Notes under the pieces: generated by a model
What the model was told of the DNA's origin: nothing
The model's input: the letters and a program-made list of their open reading frames with translations, nothing else
The model's database searches: none
Source: an uncultured Fibrobacterota bacterium
Lineage (GTDB): Bacteria; Fibrobacterota; Chitinivibrionia; Chitinivibrionales; FEN-1185
Length of the DNA stretch: 64,000 nt
Assembly (NCBI GenBank): GCA_963753345.1
Contig: CAVWBU010000040.1
Location: 1 to 64,000, forward strand
Reading direction: 5' to 3'
Part shown: piece after piece, positions 1 through 10,940 of the stretch
How the letters are laid out: every line of letters begins with the position of its first letter
Position numbering within the stretch: position 1 is the first letter of the stretch
Program-made: the position numbers and the translations under genes

Positions 1-1458
1 GTTCTGTCCAACTCCAATCCACAAAACCAACCGGACCCGCTCCAACAGTATTGGTTTGAAGCGGTAGCCAAGAGCAGGTTGCAGAGTCCGTGCATGCTTC
101 AACGATCAGCACCTGATTTGAATAGCCTGTCACATTGAAACCAAAACCGTTTGGCCCTATTCCGAAATTACCGTCCTGGAGCTGGATCTGCGGTGCGATA
201 TTCAGACTGAACAGCGTTCCGCCACCGGTAAGGCCGCCTTCCTGAGTGGTTCCGTAGAGGGTGCCGCCGGACAGCACTAGGGAAGGAAAAGGCTCGGCCC
301 CGTCGGGATTAGTGAAATAGCCGCTCGGGCTGTTCGTCGTAAGGGAGAAATGCCTTAGCACAGTATAAGCCAGGCCGTCCATGCCGAGAGCGAAAATTAC
401 CCCGCTGCCGAATCGGCCACCCCAGCTCGTGGTCCCGAAGAGCGTGCCACCCACCACAGCGAGTCCGGACCGCACGTAATAGCCATCATCGTTCGTGCCG
501 GACACCGCGTCTGGTTCCGAAAAGGTTTTCAGGACGCTGTACTCCGCCCCGTTGGTGTTGAGTCGGTACACCAGACTGTTGGTCTGGTAAATGCCTCTTC
601 GGTTGTTCCGTAGATCGTAGTTCCTGAGACGATCAGGTGTAGCGGGACCTACGCCGTCCACGCCGGCAAAATGCTTGAGAGTCGTGAAGCCGCTCCCGTC
701 TGTGCGCAGCGAGAAAACCGTCCCATAACCCCATTCACCACCTTGGTAGGTCGTCCAATAAAGGACGCCGTCCGAGAGTGTGAGGCCACTGAGCGGCAGC
801 ATACCGTCACTCACCGCGAAGCTCTTCAATAGGGTAAAATCCGAGCCGGCGGTGATGAGTCGAAACACGGTGCCCTTGCCAAAATCGCCACCCCGGCCAG
901 TCGTCCCGTACAGCACGTTGCTGACCAGGAGCAGTTCCCCGTACGGCGCCTTGCCGTCGCTACCGGCAAAATGCCTGAGCACAGTGAAGCCGCTGCCCTC
1001 AGTGTTCAGTGAAAAAAGCGTGCCTTTGCCCCACATGCCGCCCTGGGAGGTCGAGCCGTAAAGGGTATCTCCACCCAGCACCAGGCCAGACAGGGGTGTG
1101 GCTCCGTCGAGGTTGGTTAGGCCATTTGGGCTAGAATAGGTTTGTGAAAAATGCTTAAACCTTGTAGCCGGAGCCGTCGGTGTTAACCCGGAAAACGGAG
1201 CCGGAGTCCGAAACCACCACCGTTGATACCGTACACGGCATTGCTGTTTACGAGCAGTCTCCCAAACGGAAAAGGCGAACCGGAAGGCGCCAACGTGTGA
1301 ATCAGATCAAACGTCTGCGCGGAGACTCCCACCACGGCGAGAAAGGCGATACTGCAAGCCCAAGTTAGCAGCTCTTGCACATAACCAAAATTCGTCTTTC
1401 GGAATCGCCTTCTCGCTACATTGAAATGACTGGTTTTGTCAAGAGCGACGGCGTGCAA
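1..1458 (-). pseudogene. Secreted TIGR03803 (Gloeo_Verruco / choice-of-anchor) tandem-repeat protein, frameshifted, runs off the window start
   Basis: Minus-strand translation gives repeated units such as LYGSTSQGGMWGKGTLFSLNTEGSGFTVLRHF, LYGTTGRGGDFGKGTVFRL and WTTYQGGEWGYGTVFSLRTDGSGFTTLKHF. Signal-peptide-like segment (AFLAVVGVSAQ). Frame breaks near 1160-1200 and ~600-640. Confidence 0.75.
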
Positions 1459-1489
1459 AGGCCCGAGATGCTGGGCCGATTAGAAGCCT

Positions 1490-2956
1490 TCATTGGTTCT
1501 TCCGGGCGATGGGACTTTTGTGCAGCTTCTCCCGTAGTTCAGCGACGGTCGCGGCATGTTGGGGGTCGGGGGCGAGGTTCTTCATTTCGCGCGGGTCGGT
1601 CTGGTGGTCGTAAAGCTCCACGCCGTACCGGCCTTCGTCCCACTCGGTGTAACACCAGCGCTCGGTGCGAAGGGAACGCCCCAGCCAGCTTTCACGCGCC
1701 ACCACGCTGAGCGCGGGCTTGTCCCACGCCGCCGTGGGATTGTTCAGCAAGGGCGCGAGGCTGCGGCCTTCGAGCCCCGGGGGCACGGCCAGGCCGCACA
1801 AATCCACCAGCGTCGGGTAAATATCCACAAACTCCACCGTGCGCGGGCAGCCCTGACCAGCGGTCTTCAGGCGCGGGTCCACGATGATCAGCGGCGCATG
1901 AGCTGCGACGTCGAACAGCGTGCCCTTGGCCCACATGCCTTTCTCGCCCAGGTGCCACCCGTGATCTCCCCAGAGCACGATCACGGTGTTGTCGCGCAAG
2001 CCCAGCCGGTCCAACGCGTCCAGCACGATGCCCAGTTGCTCGTCCATGAACGAGATGCAGGCGTAATAGGCGGCGATGGCCGCCCTGGCCCGCTCCGGGG
2101 TCGGGCGTTCCTCGTAGAAGAGATCCAGATTATATCGGAGCGCATGGCGTGGGACCGAGTCGTCGGCGGTGGGCGTGGGCGCAAAGTCCGGCGGCAACGG
2201 CATTTTCTCCGGCGGGTAAAGGTCAAAGAACTTCTGGGGGGCCACCAGCGGCACATGCGGCTTATAGAACCCGAGGCCGAGGAAAAACGGTTTGCCCGAT
2301 TGCGCCCATTGCTGCAGCAACCCGAGCGCCTGCTTGGTGTTCTTCACGTCCGCGGGCCACTCGTAGTCCTTGGTGTTCGTTTCCGCGTCAATCTTCTCGT
2401 CGTCCGGGACGGGGTGGAAGACATTCGCCCAGGTCCGCAGGTTCTCGACCCATTTCGTAGTCGGCGGCGCCAGCGTCCGGTAAGGCTCCCAGCGGGTCAG
2501 GTCGGCCATCATCTTGCGGTGGGTTTCCTGCTCCTTGCGGACGGCCTCCTCGCCGGCGGACCACGGTTTCGGCTCCGGGTAATGATAAACTTTTCCCCGC
2601 AACTGCACCTCGTAGCCGCTGGCGCGAAAATGCTCCGTGAGCGTGACCCAGTCCGGCCCCAGTAAAGCGGGACGGGCGAAGTCAATCGTGTCGGTGGTGG
2701 TGGGATACCGCCCCAGCATCAGCGAGACGCGGGAAGGATTGCACAACGGGAACTGGCAGTAGGCCCGGTCAAACCTCACGCCCCGCAGCGCCAGCCGGTC
2801 CAGATTCGGCGTCCTGGCGAGGGGATCGCCATAGCAGCCGATTCGCGTGTTGAGATCATCCACCGCAATGAAGAGCACGTTGGGCTTGCGCGTGTCGCCG
2901 GCGGCGCCAGTGACGGCCGCGCTGAGGTAAGCGAGCGCGAGGACCGCAAAAGCCAT
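1490..2956 (-). CDS. Sulfatase (iduronate-2-sulfatase / choline-sulfatase-like), exported
   Basis: KPNVLFIAVDDL, CNPSR formylglycine motif (CxPxR), GKVYH, KPHVP, WGDHGWHLGE. Signal peptide from ATG 2956 (alternative start 3013). Confidence 0.93.
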   Translation of the reverse strand: MAFAVLALAYLSAAVTGAAGDTRKPNVLFIAVDDLNTRIGCYGDPLARTPNLDRLALRGVRFDRAYCQFPLCNPSRVSLMLGRYPTTTDTIDFARPALLGPDWVTLTEHFRASGYEVQLRGKVYHYPEPKPWSAGEEAVRKEQETHRKMMADLTRWEPYRTLAPPTTKWVENLRTWANVFHPVPDDEKIDAETNTKDYEWPADVKNTKQALGLLQQWAQSGKPFFLGLGFYKPHVPLVAPQKFFDLYPPEKMPLPPDFAPTPTADDSVPRHALRYNLDLFYEERPTPERARAAIAAYYACISFMDEQLGIVLDALDRLGLRDNTVIVLWGDHGWHLGEKGMWAKGTLFDVAAHAPLIIVDPRLKTAGQGCPRTVEFVDIYPTLVDLCGLAVPPGLEGRSLAPLLNNPTAAWDKPALSVVARESWLGRSLRTERWCYTEWDEGRYGVELYDHQTDPREMKNLAPDPQHAATVAELREKLHKSPIARKNQ

Positions 2957-3035
2957 CGGGCGCGCGGCGGTATGATAAAGCAGGGTTAGTCCCCTAATTC
3001 GCAGCACAACCATACCGGCAGCTCTTTCCTAGGCA

Positions 3036-3572
3036 CTACAAGCCCAGTTTCTTCAGGGCTTGTTGGGTATGGGCCTCTTCGTAGCCGTACCAGGCGTCCA
3101 CGATCTTGCCGTCGCGGCCAATAACATAGGTCATCGGCACCGCGCTCATCCCACCCAACGTTTCGTATTGCATCACGGCCCGATTGGCCGCGTTGGAGGC
3201 CTCGAGGATGTTGGGGAAGGTGACGTCGTTGGCCTTCAAGTAATCCAGCGCGATCTTGCGGTTGTCGGCGGTGTTGAGGCCCAGGACGATCACCCCCTTC
3301 GTTTTATACTTCAGATAGAGATCCTGGAGACTCCTTGTCTCCTTGCGGCACTCGGGTCAGCCACAGCGCCATTTGTTGAGCCAGACAATTTGGCCGCGGA
3401 AATTGGAGAGTTTGAGCTTGCCGCCTGCAGACGACGCCAGCTCGAAGTCAGGCGCCGCAGTGCCCGGTTTGAGCAGACCTTCCTCGATGTCCGGCATGCG
3501 CCACTGTTTCCAGTCCGGCGGCGGCGACCAGACAAAGCGGTCGTTGGGAATGTCCGCATTAATGGTTACGTC
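3036..3572 (-). CDS. 3' part of a redoxin/TlpA-like protein with in-frame TGA read as selenocysteine (WRCG-U-PEC)
   Basis: [32 protein letters not shown], then TGA (3359-3357), then [28 protein letters not shown] continues in frame into ORF 3036..3293 ([13 protein letters not shown]). Confidence 0.8.
3326..3342 (-). promoter_or_regulatory. Candidate bacterial SECIS hairpin
   Basis: GGAGAC-AAGGA-GUCUCC perfect 6-bp stem starting 14 nt after the UGA. Confidence 0.5.
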
Positions 3573-4415
3573 CATGAACCGCTCGCCTTTGCCGTTGCGC
3601 AGGACCCCGCCTTCCCCTCGGACCGCCTCGGTGATGAGTATTCCCATGTTGCGGATGCCGGTGGGGTGAAACTGGAAAAACTCCATGTCTTCGAGAGGAA
3701 CGCCGCGCCGGGCCAGCACCGCGGGGCCGTCGCCCGTATTGGCATGGGCGTTGGAGGTGGTCCCGAACATGCGGCCGAAACCACCCGTCGCGACAAGCAC
3801 CGCCCTTGCACGCATCACATGAAGGAGGCCGGTGGCAAGCTCGAGTACGATAATGCCGCCGCATTTTCTATTGTCAAGGATCACATCGACAAGTTGGAAC
3901 TCGTTGAAGAAAGCGACGTCGTTCTTGACGCACTGCTGGTACAGCGTCTGCAGGATCATGTGGCCGGTGCGGTCCGCGGAATAGCACGCGCGGCACACCG
4001 GAGCCTCGCCGAAATTGCGGGTGTGCCCGCCGAACCGCCGCTGGTCGATGCGGCCGTCCGCGGTACGGTTGAACGGCAGGCCCCTGTTTTCCAGATCGTA
4101 AACCGCGCCGACCGCTTCTTCCGCCAGGATGAAAGCCGCGTTCTGGTCCACGAGATAATCCCCGCCCTTAATCGTGTCGAAGGCGTGCCATTCAGGCTTA
4201 TCTTCTTCCACGTTGCCGAGTGCGGCCGCTATCCCGCCCTGGGCAGTTCCGGTGTGGCTGCGCAGGGCGTGGAGCTTCGAAACCACGGCTGTTTTCCCCG
4301 GTGCATGGCTGCTCTCCAGGGCTGCGTACAATCCCGCACCGCCTGCGCCTATGATCACCGAATCGAATTCGTGAACCGCGGCGACGGTCGTAGTATTGAG
4401 TGCCGCGTAGCTCAT
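3573..4415 (-). pseudogene. sdhA: Succinate dehydrogenase/fumarate reductase flavoprotein, N-terminal ~280 aa only (truncated at a junction)
   Basis: [18 protein letters not shown] (covalent FAD His), [29 protein letters not shown]. Homology stops abruptly after GERFM. Confidence 0.85.
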
Positions 4416-6331
4416 GTTCCCGCCACGTTGAGAATGCCACCGCTCAGCAATACCTTCCGCTGTCGTTCCGATACGTCAAGTATGGTCGCGATGTTTCTTC
4501 CGCCGACCTGCGCGACGATTTCAGCCGCGCCGCTTGCGATCGCCTGCTTGACGCCCGCAAGAACGACCCTGTCGCCCTGCCTGAAGAAATCATAGTCCTT
4601 CCGGTCCTTGAACACAAGCGGTACGATGCCGAAATTGATAAGGTTTGCCTTGTGGATGCGCGCAAAGCTCTTGGCGATTTTGGCGATTACGCCGAGATAC
4701 CGCGGCGCCAGGGCGGCGTGTTCGCGCGATGAACCCTGGCCGTAGTTTTCGCCGCCGATCACGATCCCCCCGCTTTTTTCCCGGGCGCGCTGGGCAAAAG
4801 CGGGATCAAGCGCCTCAAAAACAAATTCGCTGATCGCGGGAATATTGCTCCGCAGCGGCAGCACGCGGTTGCCCGCGGGCATGATGATGTCGGTGCTTAT
4901 ATTATCGCCCACCTTGATGAGCACTTCCCCGGAAAGCGTCTCCGGCATTGCATCAAACCGGGGAAAGGGTTTGATGTTGGGACCACGAATGATTTCAACG
5001 TTGCTGCCGTCCTTCGGCGGCGCAATGAACCATTCGGGTTTGAAGAAATATTTTTCCGGGTACTGGATGGCTGGATACGCTCGACCGAGCGTGCGCGGGT
5101 CGGTTATCTTTCCTGTCAAGGCGGAAGCGGCAGCGGTCTCGGGTGAGCACAGGTAAACCAGATCGTCCTTGGTCCCGCTCCTGCCTTTGAAATTCCTGGG
5201 AAATGTCCGGAGCGAAACGGTTCCGGTGGCGGGCGCCTGGCCCATGCCGATGCAACCCAGGCAACCCGGCTCGTGGATGCGGGCGCCAGCTTCGATAAAG
5301 GCGCGGGTGCCGCCCATCATCATCACATTGACAAGCGTCTGGCGGCTGCCGGTGTTTATCTCGAAATCCACATCCGGATGTTTCATTTTTCCCTCGACGA
5401 TCTTCGAGGCGATCATGAAATCGCGATAGCTCCCGTTGCACGACGAGCCGAGAATGACCTGCTGGACCTCGACGTCGCCAAGATCCGCCGCTCGTTTGAC
5501 ATTGTCCGGATTGGACGGGCAGGCGACCATGGGCTCGATGCTGTTCAAGTCGATTTTCGTCACCTCGTCCCACTGCGCATCCGGGCCGGCGGAAAGTTCT
5601 TTCCAGACGCTTTCGCGGTTGTTGCGTGCAAGATATTCCCTGGTGATATGGTCCGACGGAAAGACCGCGGCCGTGCACCCCATGTCAACCGACATGTTGG
5701 CGATGGTGGCCCGTGCGCTCATGTCAAGGTTCGGCACGCCGGGGCCGAAGAACTCGATCACTTTTCCCAGCCCGCCTTTGCAGGTGTAGCGCCGCAGCAG
5801 CTCGAGGATAACGTCTTTGCCGGAGACAAACGGCGATAGCGCTCCTTCAACGTAGATCCCCCACACGCCCGGCGTCACGATATGGTATGGTTTTCCGGCC
5901 ATTGCCAACGCGACTTCGATGCCACCGGCACCCATGGCCAACATGCCGAGGCAACCGCCGGTTGTCGAATGGCTATCGGAACCGAGAAGCGTTTGTCCCG
6001 GGGTTCCGAACCGCTGGCGGTGGACATGGTGCGATACGCCGTTGCCGGGACCGGAGTAGATGACGCCGAATTTCGCCGCACAGGACTGGAGGAACCGGTG
6101 GTCGTCGGCGTTGCGGGAATCGGTCTGGATGATGTTGTGGTCTACGTAGCTCACCGCGCATTCGACCTTGACGCGCGGTAATCCCATGGATTCGAATTCG
6201 AGGAAGACCATGGTGCCGGTCGCGTCCTGCGTGAGTGTCTGGTCGATGCGCAGGCCGATCTCTTTTCCGGCGGCAGGCGTGCCTTCGACAAGATGGGACC
6301 GCAATAATTTTTCCGTGATCGTGTTGTTCAT
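4412..6331 (-). CDS. Aconitate hydratase (short ~640 aa type)
   Basis: TQDATGT, DHN, GSDSHS, GSSCN and CLGCIGMG 4Fe-4S cysteines, C-terminal swivel domain ([21 protein letters not shown]). Confidence 0.93.
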   Translation of the reverse strand: MNNTITEKLLRSHLVEGTPAAGKEIGLRIDQTLTQDATGTMVFLEFESMGLPRVKVECAVSYVDHNIIQTDSRNADDHRFLQSCAAKFGVIYSGPGNGVSHHVHRQRFGTPGQTLLGSDSHSTTGGCLGMLAMGAGGIEVALAMAGKPYHIVTPGVWGIYVEGALSPFVSGKDVILELLRRYTCKGGLGKVIEFFGPGVPNLDMSARATIANMSVDMGCTAAVFPSDHITREYLARNNRESVWKELSAGPDAQWDEVTKIDLNSIEPMVACPSNPDNVKRAADLGDVEVQQVILGSSCNGSYRDFMIASKIVEGKMKHPDVDFEINTGSRQTLVNVMMMGGTRAFIEAGARIHEPGCLGCIGMGQAPATGTVSLRTFPRNFKGRSGTKDDLVYLCSPETAAASALTGKITDPRTLGRAYPAIQYPEKYFFKPEWFIAPPKDGSNVEIIRGPNIKPFPRFDAMPETLSGEVLIKVGDNISTDIIMPAGNRVLPLRSNIPAISEFVFEALDPAFAQRAREKSGGIVIGGENYGQGSSREHAALAPRYLGVIAKIAKSFARIHKANLINFGIVPLVFKDRKDYDFFRQGDRVVLAGVKQAIASGAAEIVAQVGGRNIATILDVSERQRKVLLSGGILNVAGT

Positions 6332-6346
6332 AAGCGCCTTTCGGTA

Positions 6347-7735
6347 TCATGCTCTGCCGGTCATGTCGGCCGGCCGGACATACTTGTCGAATTCCTCTTC
6401 CGTCAATATGCCAAGCGTTACGGCCGCTTCCTTGAGACTGGACTTGTCGGCATACGCTTTTTTGGCGATCTGCGCTGCTTTATCGTAGCCGATATGCGGG
6501 TTGAGAGCCGTCACCAGCATCAGCGAATCGGCGACGTGGCGCGCGATGACGGCTTCGTCGGCCGCAATGCCGACGGCGCAGTGATCATTGAAACTCTTAC
6601 AACCGTCCGAAAGCAGCCTGATTGACTGAAGCAGGTTGTAGATGATGACCGTCTTGAAAACATTAAGCTCGAAGCTGCCCGATGCGCCGGCAACGGCGAT
6701 GGTCGTATCGTTGCCCATCACCTGTGCGGCGATCATGGCGAGCACCTCCGCCTGCGTGGGATTGACCTTGCCGGGCATGATGGAACTGCCCGGTTCGTTG
6801 GCGGGCAGGACGATCTCGCCAATGCCGCTCCGGGGGCCCGATGCGAGCAACCGGATGTCGTTGGCGATCTTCATCAGCGAAACCGCAACCGTCTTAAGCG
6901 CCCCGCTTGTTTCAACGATCGCGTCGTTTGCGGCGATGGCCTCGAACCTGTTTTCCGCCGTGGTAAAGGGCCAGCCGGTCTGTTCCGCAATTTTTTTCGC
7001 GGCCCTTTCGCCGAACTCGGGGTGGGCATTGAGTCCGGTCCCGACCGCAGTCCCTCCTATGGCGAGCCGGTACAGCCTCGATAAGCATTGTTCGACCCGC
7101 TCGAACCCGTACCGCACCTGCGTTGCGTAACCGGAAAACTCTTGCCCCAAGGTCAACGGTACCGCATCCATCAGATGGGTACGGCCTATCTTGACAATGG
7201 AAGCAAAAGCGAGGCTCTTTATTTCGAGCGTGGCCCCCAGACGGGCCAAATCCGGAAGGAGCCTCTCTCTTATCATGGTGACGGCCGCGATGTGCATCAC
7301 GCTGGGGAACGTATCGTTTGACGATTGCGACATGTTCACGTCGTCATTCGGATGGACCGGATTCTTGCTCCCCTTGACGCCGCCCATCAGTTCGATGGCC
7401 CGGTTGGCAATCACCTCGTTAACGTTCATGTTGGTATGGGTCCCGCTGCCGGTCTGCCAGACGCTCAGGGGAAACTGGCCGTCAAGTTTTCCGTCGATGA
7501 TCTCTTCGGCCGCCCTTATTATCGCCTCAGCCTTTTGCGGAGCAAGCAGCCCCAGGTCTTTGTTGACTGATGCGCAGGCTTTCTTGAGGATAGCGTAGGC
7601 CCTGATTATTTCGCGGGGCATTTTCTCAATCCCGATATTGAAAAAAACAAGCGAACGTTCGGTCTGCGCGCCCCAATAGCAATCCTCCCGGACATTCACC
7701 TCGCCCATCGAATCTTTTTCAATGCGGTAATTCAT
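6347..7735 (-). CDS. fumC: Fumarate hydratase class II
   Basis: [46 protein letters not shown] signature. Confidence 0.96.
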   Translation of the reverse strand: MNYRIEKDSMGEVNVREDCYWGAQTERSLVFFNIGIEKMPREIIRAYAILKKACASVNKDLGLLAPQKAEAIIRAAEEIIDGKLDGQFPLSVWQTGSGTHTNMNVNEVIANRAIELMGGVKGSKNPVHPNDDVNMSQSSNDTFPSVMHIAAVTMIRERLLPDLARLGATLEIKSLAFASIVKIGRTHLMDAVPLTLGQEFSGYATQVRYGFERVEQCLSRLYRLAIGGTAVGTGLNAHPEFGERAAKKIAEQTGWPFTTAENRFEAIAANDAIVETSGALKTVAVSLMKIANDIRLLASGPRSGIGEIVLPANEPGSSIMPGKVNPTQAEVLAMIAAQVMGNDTTIAVAGASGSFELNVFKTVIIYNLLQSIRLLSDGCKSFNDHCAVGIAADEAVIARHVADSLMLVTALNPHIGYDKAAQIAKKAYADKSSLKEAAVTLGILTEEEFDKYVRPADMTGRA

Positions 7736-7772
7736 TTCGCCTGTGCTCCAAAGTAAGATGGTCATGATAAAC

Positions 7773-7787
7773 GCAAGAATCTTGCCT
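7773..7787 (-). promoter_or_regulatory. Sigma-54 -24/-12 promoter for fumC-acn-sdhA
   Basis: AGGCAAGATTCTTGC (GG-N10-GC), 37 bp upstream of the fumC ATG. Confidence 0.6.
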
Positions 7788-7877
7788 ATCAAAACAAAGG
7801 CCATGATCATCCCCGCCTTGCGTTTTTACTCCTTCTGCGAATAAGTTCTTCGAAAGGATGCTTGGGACAACTCGATA

Positions 7878-7914
7878 TTATCAAAATCGAGAATGTTTTT
7901 CTCAGGATTGGGAA
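7878..7914. promoter_or_regulatory. Tandem palindromic activator sites
   Basis: TTATCA-AAAT-CGAGAA (7878) and TTCTCA-GGAT-TGGGAA (7899), 21 bp apart, ~100 bp upstream of the sigma-54 promoter. Confidence 0.55.
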
Positions 7915-7964
7915 TAATAGGAATGGCTGAACTTGATATCGTAAATGAGATGGGCTTTTTTGTC

Positions 7965-8185
7965 AGGACTGGGGACTCAACTTCCGCCTCGAACACCATT
8001 TGTTTCCCAGGATCTGCCATATCAATTATCCATCAATTGCCGGGATCGTGCAGGAAACGTGCCGGGAATTCGGGGTGCCGTACACGGCCCACAAATCGTT
8101 TGTAAAGGGCTTGGCGTCACACTATCGCTGGCTTAAACAAATGGGAAGGTCCGAGGAGACTACTCCGTCTGGGGCAGCACAATGA
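7965..8185 (+). pseudogene. C-terminal remnant of a fatty-acid (acyl-CoA) desaturase
   Basis: GLNFRLEHHLFPRICHINYPSIAGIVQETCREFGVPY contains the third His box. No upstream portion is recognisable. Confidence 0.7.
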
Positions 8186-8469
8186 AGATGGCGTTACCGA
8201 ATATCTCCACCGTCCCCGGCGAAGCGAACATCTCGGCGCTGTTGGAGGTTCGGCTACGCCCGTATTCTTTGCAAAAAGGATATAGATTCCCGGAATTGCG
8301 AACGTCCAAAACCCGGCAACAGAAACCTGTCGATGGCGGAACCAACCTATTATACGAGCGCCAAATCCGACAGACTAACGCAGAAGAATTGGCACGAATT
8401 TTGTGCCTTTGTCATGAGAAGATGACGTGGCTCGTCCAATAGCGATTCTAAAGGATGGAGGAGTTTTTC

Positions 8470-8841
8470 ATGAATCCTACGCAGTTGCCCTTTGTGGCTG
8501 AAGGAATTCTGATATTGACGGCTGGGATATTCGGAATTCTGCTTGACAGGACGAAAAAACCCTATGGTAAGCTGAAACTCGTCATTCACCTGTTTTTCGC
8601 TTTATGGTTCGCCGTAGGATTTGGTTTCATACTGTATGGGCTTTTCACGATGAATGCAACAAAGATAATCTGGATACCGGTCGCTTTGATTGGTTTTGGG
8701 ATTCTGACGCAACTGGTTACTGGAATCATCATGTTGGCTTCCACAAGAGCAGGAAAGGCATTTCCGAATGTCCACCTGTTTTCGGCAATTGTGATGGTTG
8801 TATCCGATATCTGCGCTTTTTTCATCGCAGGTGTTCGTTAA
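8470..8841 (+). CDS. Hypothetical 4-TM membrane protein
   Basis: GGAGG RBS, four hydrophobic segments, His residues in helices 2 and 4. Confidence 0.75.
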   Translation: MNPTQLPFVAEGILILTAGIFGILLDRTKKPYGKLKLVIHLFFALWFAVGFGFILYGLFTMNATKIIWIPVALIGFGILTQLVTGIIMLASTRAGKAFPNVHLFSAIVMVVSDICAFFIAGVR

Positions 8842-8891
8842 CCAGCAGAATCCTGATTTTCTTGAGGCAATCATATCCGAAGGAGGTTTCT

Positions 8892-9287
8892 ATGGGAAAA
8901 GCGCAGCCCGCTAAAGGAACAAAAACCCCTTCCCGACTCATCGACGAGCGAATTGAGGAACTGGGCGACTGGAGGGGCGAGATGCTCTCGAGGCTCCGCG
9001 CCCTGATCAAGGAAGCAGACCCGGAAGTGGCCGAGGAATGGAAGTGGAGAGGGACTCCGGTCTGGTCCCACAACGGGATGATCTGCACCGGCGAGACGTA
9101 CAAAGATCATGTGAAGATGACCTTTGCCAAAGGCGCTTCCTTAAAGGACCCCGACGGCCTGTTCACGCAGGATGGGACGGTAAGGCGCGCCATCGACTTC
9201 CACGAAGGTGACAAGCTCAACGAAAAGGCTCTAATTGCCCTCATCAGGGCCGCTGCAGCCTTGAATATGTCCAAAGCCCGCGGTTAA
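8892..9287 (+). CDS. DUF1801 (YdhG-like) domain protein
   Basis: AGGAGG RBS; LGDWRGEMLSRLRALIKEADPEVAEEWKWRGTPVWSHNG..KMTFAKGASLKDP. Confidence 0.88.
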   Translation: MGKAQPAKGTKTPSRLIDERIEELGDWRGEMLSRLRALIKEADPEVAEEWKWRGTPVWSHNGMICTGETYKDHVKMTFAKGASLKDPDGLFTQDGTVRRAIDFHEGDKLNEKALIALIRAAAALNMSKARG

Positions 9288-9802
9288 CTGATAGGGATTT
9301 TCTTTCTTGTGAGCCTTTCTTTACAGACGCTCAATTCTTTTCCCAGCATTCCTGCTTTGCCCCGGGGCGAGGCACGGACTTGCAGTAATCTTGGCAGCGG
9401 TTATTACCAATTTCTTCGGAGGATCAATCGGCGCAGAGTGCCGCGGTCCTTGATCGTGAAATCCCAGAATTCTGTGGGCTTGAAGGAATACAAAATCCTT
9501 GCTTCACAACTGCCGTTCCAAGAGTGCGCGCTTATGTTTATCTAATTCCAAATTTTCACCCTCTCCGTGCCGGAGAGCCGGCGCGCCCAACAGGAAGGGC
9601 GCAATAGCCGGGGGTGAGGTTGTTCCGGTCTTGCCACGGGCCCACCAACGCCGCACCCCGCGAGGCTCCCAAAGGCATTTTAATTTAATCAATCAATGAA
9701 ATCATTCGCTCGATGAGACGATGCTCAATCATCAATGAACCTCTTGGCTGCATCGGTATTTTTCCTTTCTAAGCTTTCCGGTTATCCTTTTGCAGAGCTG
9801 TT

Positions 9803-9961
9803 TCAAATTTGAATGAATTGGTCTTTAGATGCGCCACATTCGGGACAAACCCATGAATCGGGGATATCCTCGAATGTCGTTCCGGGGGCCACGCCATTAT
9901 CAGGGTCGCCTTTCCCCGGATCATATTTGTAGTCGCAAACCATACATTTCCATTTTTGCAT
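9803..9961 (-). CDS. Rubredoxin
   Basis: [49 protein letters not shown], two CxxC pairs. Confidence 0.95.
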   Translation of the reverse strand: MQKWKCMVCDYKYDPGKGDPDNGVAPGTTFEDIPDSWVCPECGASKDQFIQI

Positions 9962-10002
9962 GAACGGCCTCGGTTGAAATGGCTGTGGTAAATTACAAGT
10001 GA

Positions 10003-10833
10003 CTATCGGATCCCGTTGCCCTGCAATCCGAACATTCCGGACCCCGACCCCGCTGAAAGATTGAGCAACTCCCCCACCTCTCCCGCAATCCGCCCGATGT
10101 CGCCGAATCTTTTTTCGCTTGCCCCCAAGGTTCTTCCGCTGCCCCACGAGGTCAGGGAGGTCAATTCGTTGGTGCGGTCCGAATACCATTTCGCATCTAT
10201 GGCAGGGCTCAGGCCGAACCGCGGAACATTGACGAAGTTCGAACGGACTGCGGGTAGGAACTTGCCGCTCCACGTGAGGAACCCGTATTCCAATACGTAA
10301 GTTTTCCCGTATTCCTGTACACGGATGTACCAGGTGGTGGCGAATCTGTCTATTTCCATGTCAACGTATTGCCGTGGATTGGAACCGTTGTAGTCATGTC
10401 CGGTGACATCGATAAGCCGCAGAACGGCCTTAGACGATTCGTATTCGGCATGTCCCATTTTTCGAATAAGGTCATTCTTCCTGTTCTCGTTTATTTCCCA
10501 ATAGACAAAAATCCATTCCGGGTCCCTCGGCAGCGCGCGCATGTAGGTTTCGTTATATTCGTCCGGGATGTCGGAATGAAGGAAATATTTTGGGCCCGAA
10601 ACGGGAGGAGTACGAAGCCCGGAAGGCGGGAGAGGTTCCATGCCCGTCTTCCGCTTTCCGGGATCCGAAATAGATAGCGCGGTTTCACGTTTTTTTGTCA
10701 AGGAAGAATGTTTTTTCGGCGAGATGGAATCGGCATCGCGAGAATTCTTCCCGCCATTTCCCTTTCCAACAAGCTTCCTTAACAATCCAGCGACCCTGCC
10801 CTTTTCGGGCCTGCTTCGTTTCCCAGCGCCCAT
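10003..10833 (-). CDS. DUF4912 domain protein
   Basis: [52 protein letters not shown]. Confidence 0.82.
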   Translation of the reverse strand: MGAGKRSRPEKGRVAGLLRKLVGKGNGGKNSRDADSISPKKHSSLTKKRETALSISDPGKRKTGMEPLPPSGLRTPPVSGPKYFLHSDIPDEYNETYMRALPRDPEWIFVYWEINENRKNDLIRKMGHAEYESSKAVLRLIDVTGHDYNGSNPRQYVDMEIDRFATTWYIRVQEYGKTYVLEYGFLTWSGKFLPAVRSNFVNVPRFGLSPAIDAKWYSDRTNELTSLTSWGSGRTLGASEKRFGDIGRIAGEVGELLNLSAGSGSGMFGLQGNGIR

Positions 10834-10940
10834 GGTTTACCTCCAGAAATGATTATTCTATTCTGTTCCCACGTTATTGACATAATGGACATCCACAGGC
10901 GCCTGACCCGCGGGACGACCGATTTCCCTAATCCGTTTCT

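Noticed and set aside
3357-4415. Novel natural SdhA-redoxin fusion enzyme
   Set aside because: Both halves are truncated mid-domain; a chimeric join is more parsimonious until reads show otherwise.
9309-9700. Short ORFs including MIKLKCLWEPRG (faint DUF488 resemblance)
   Set aside because: Similarity is limited to a few residues; no coherent domain can be reconstructed.
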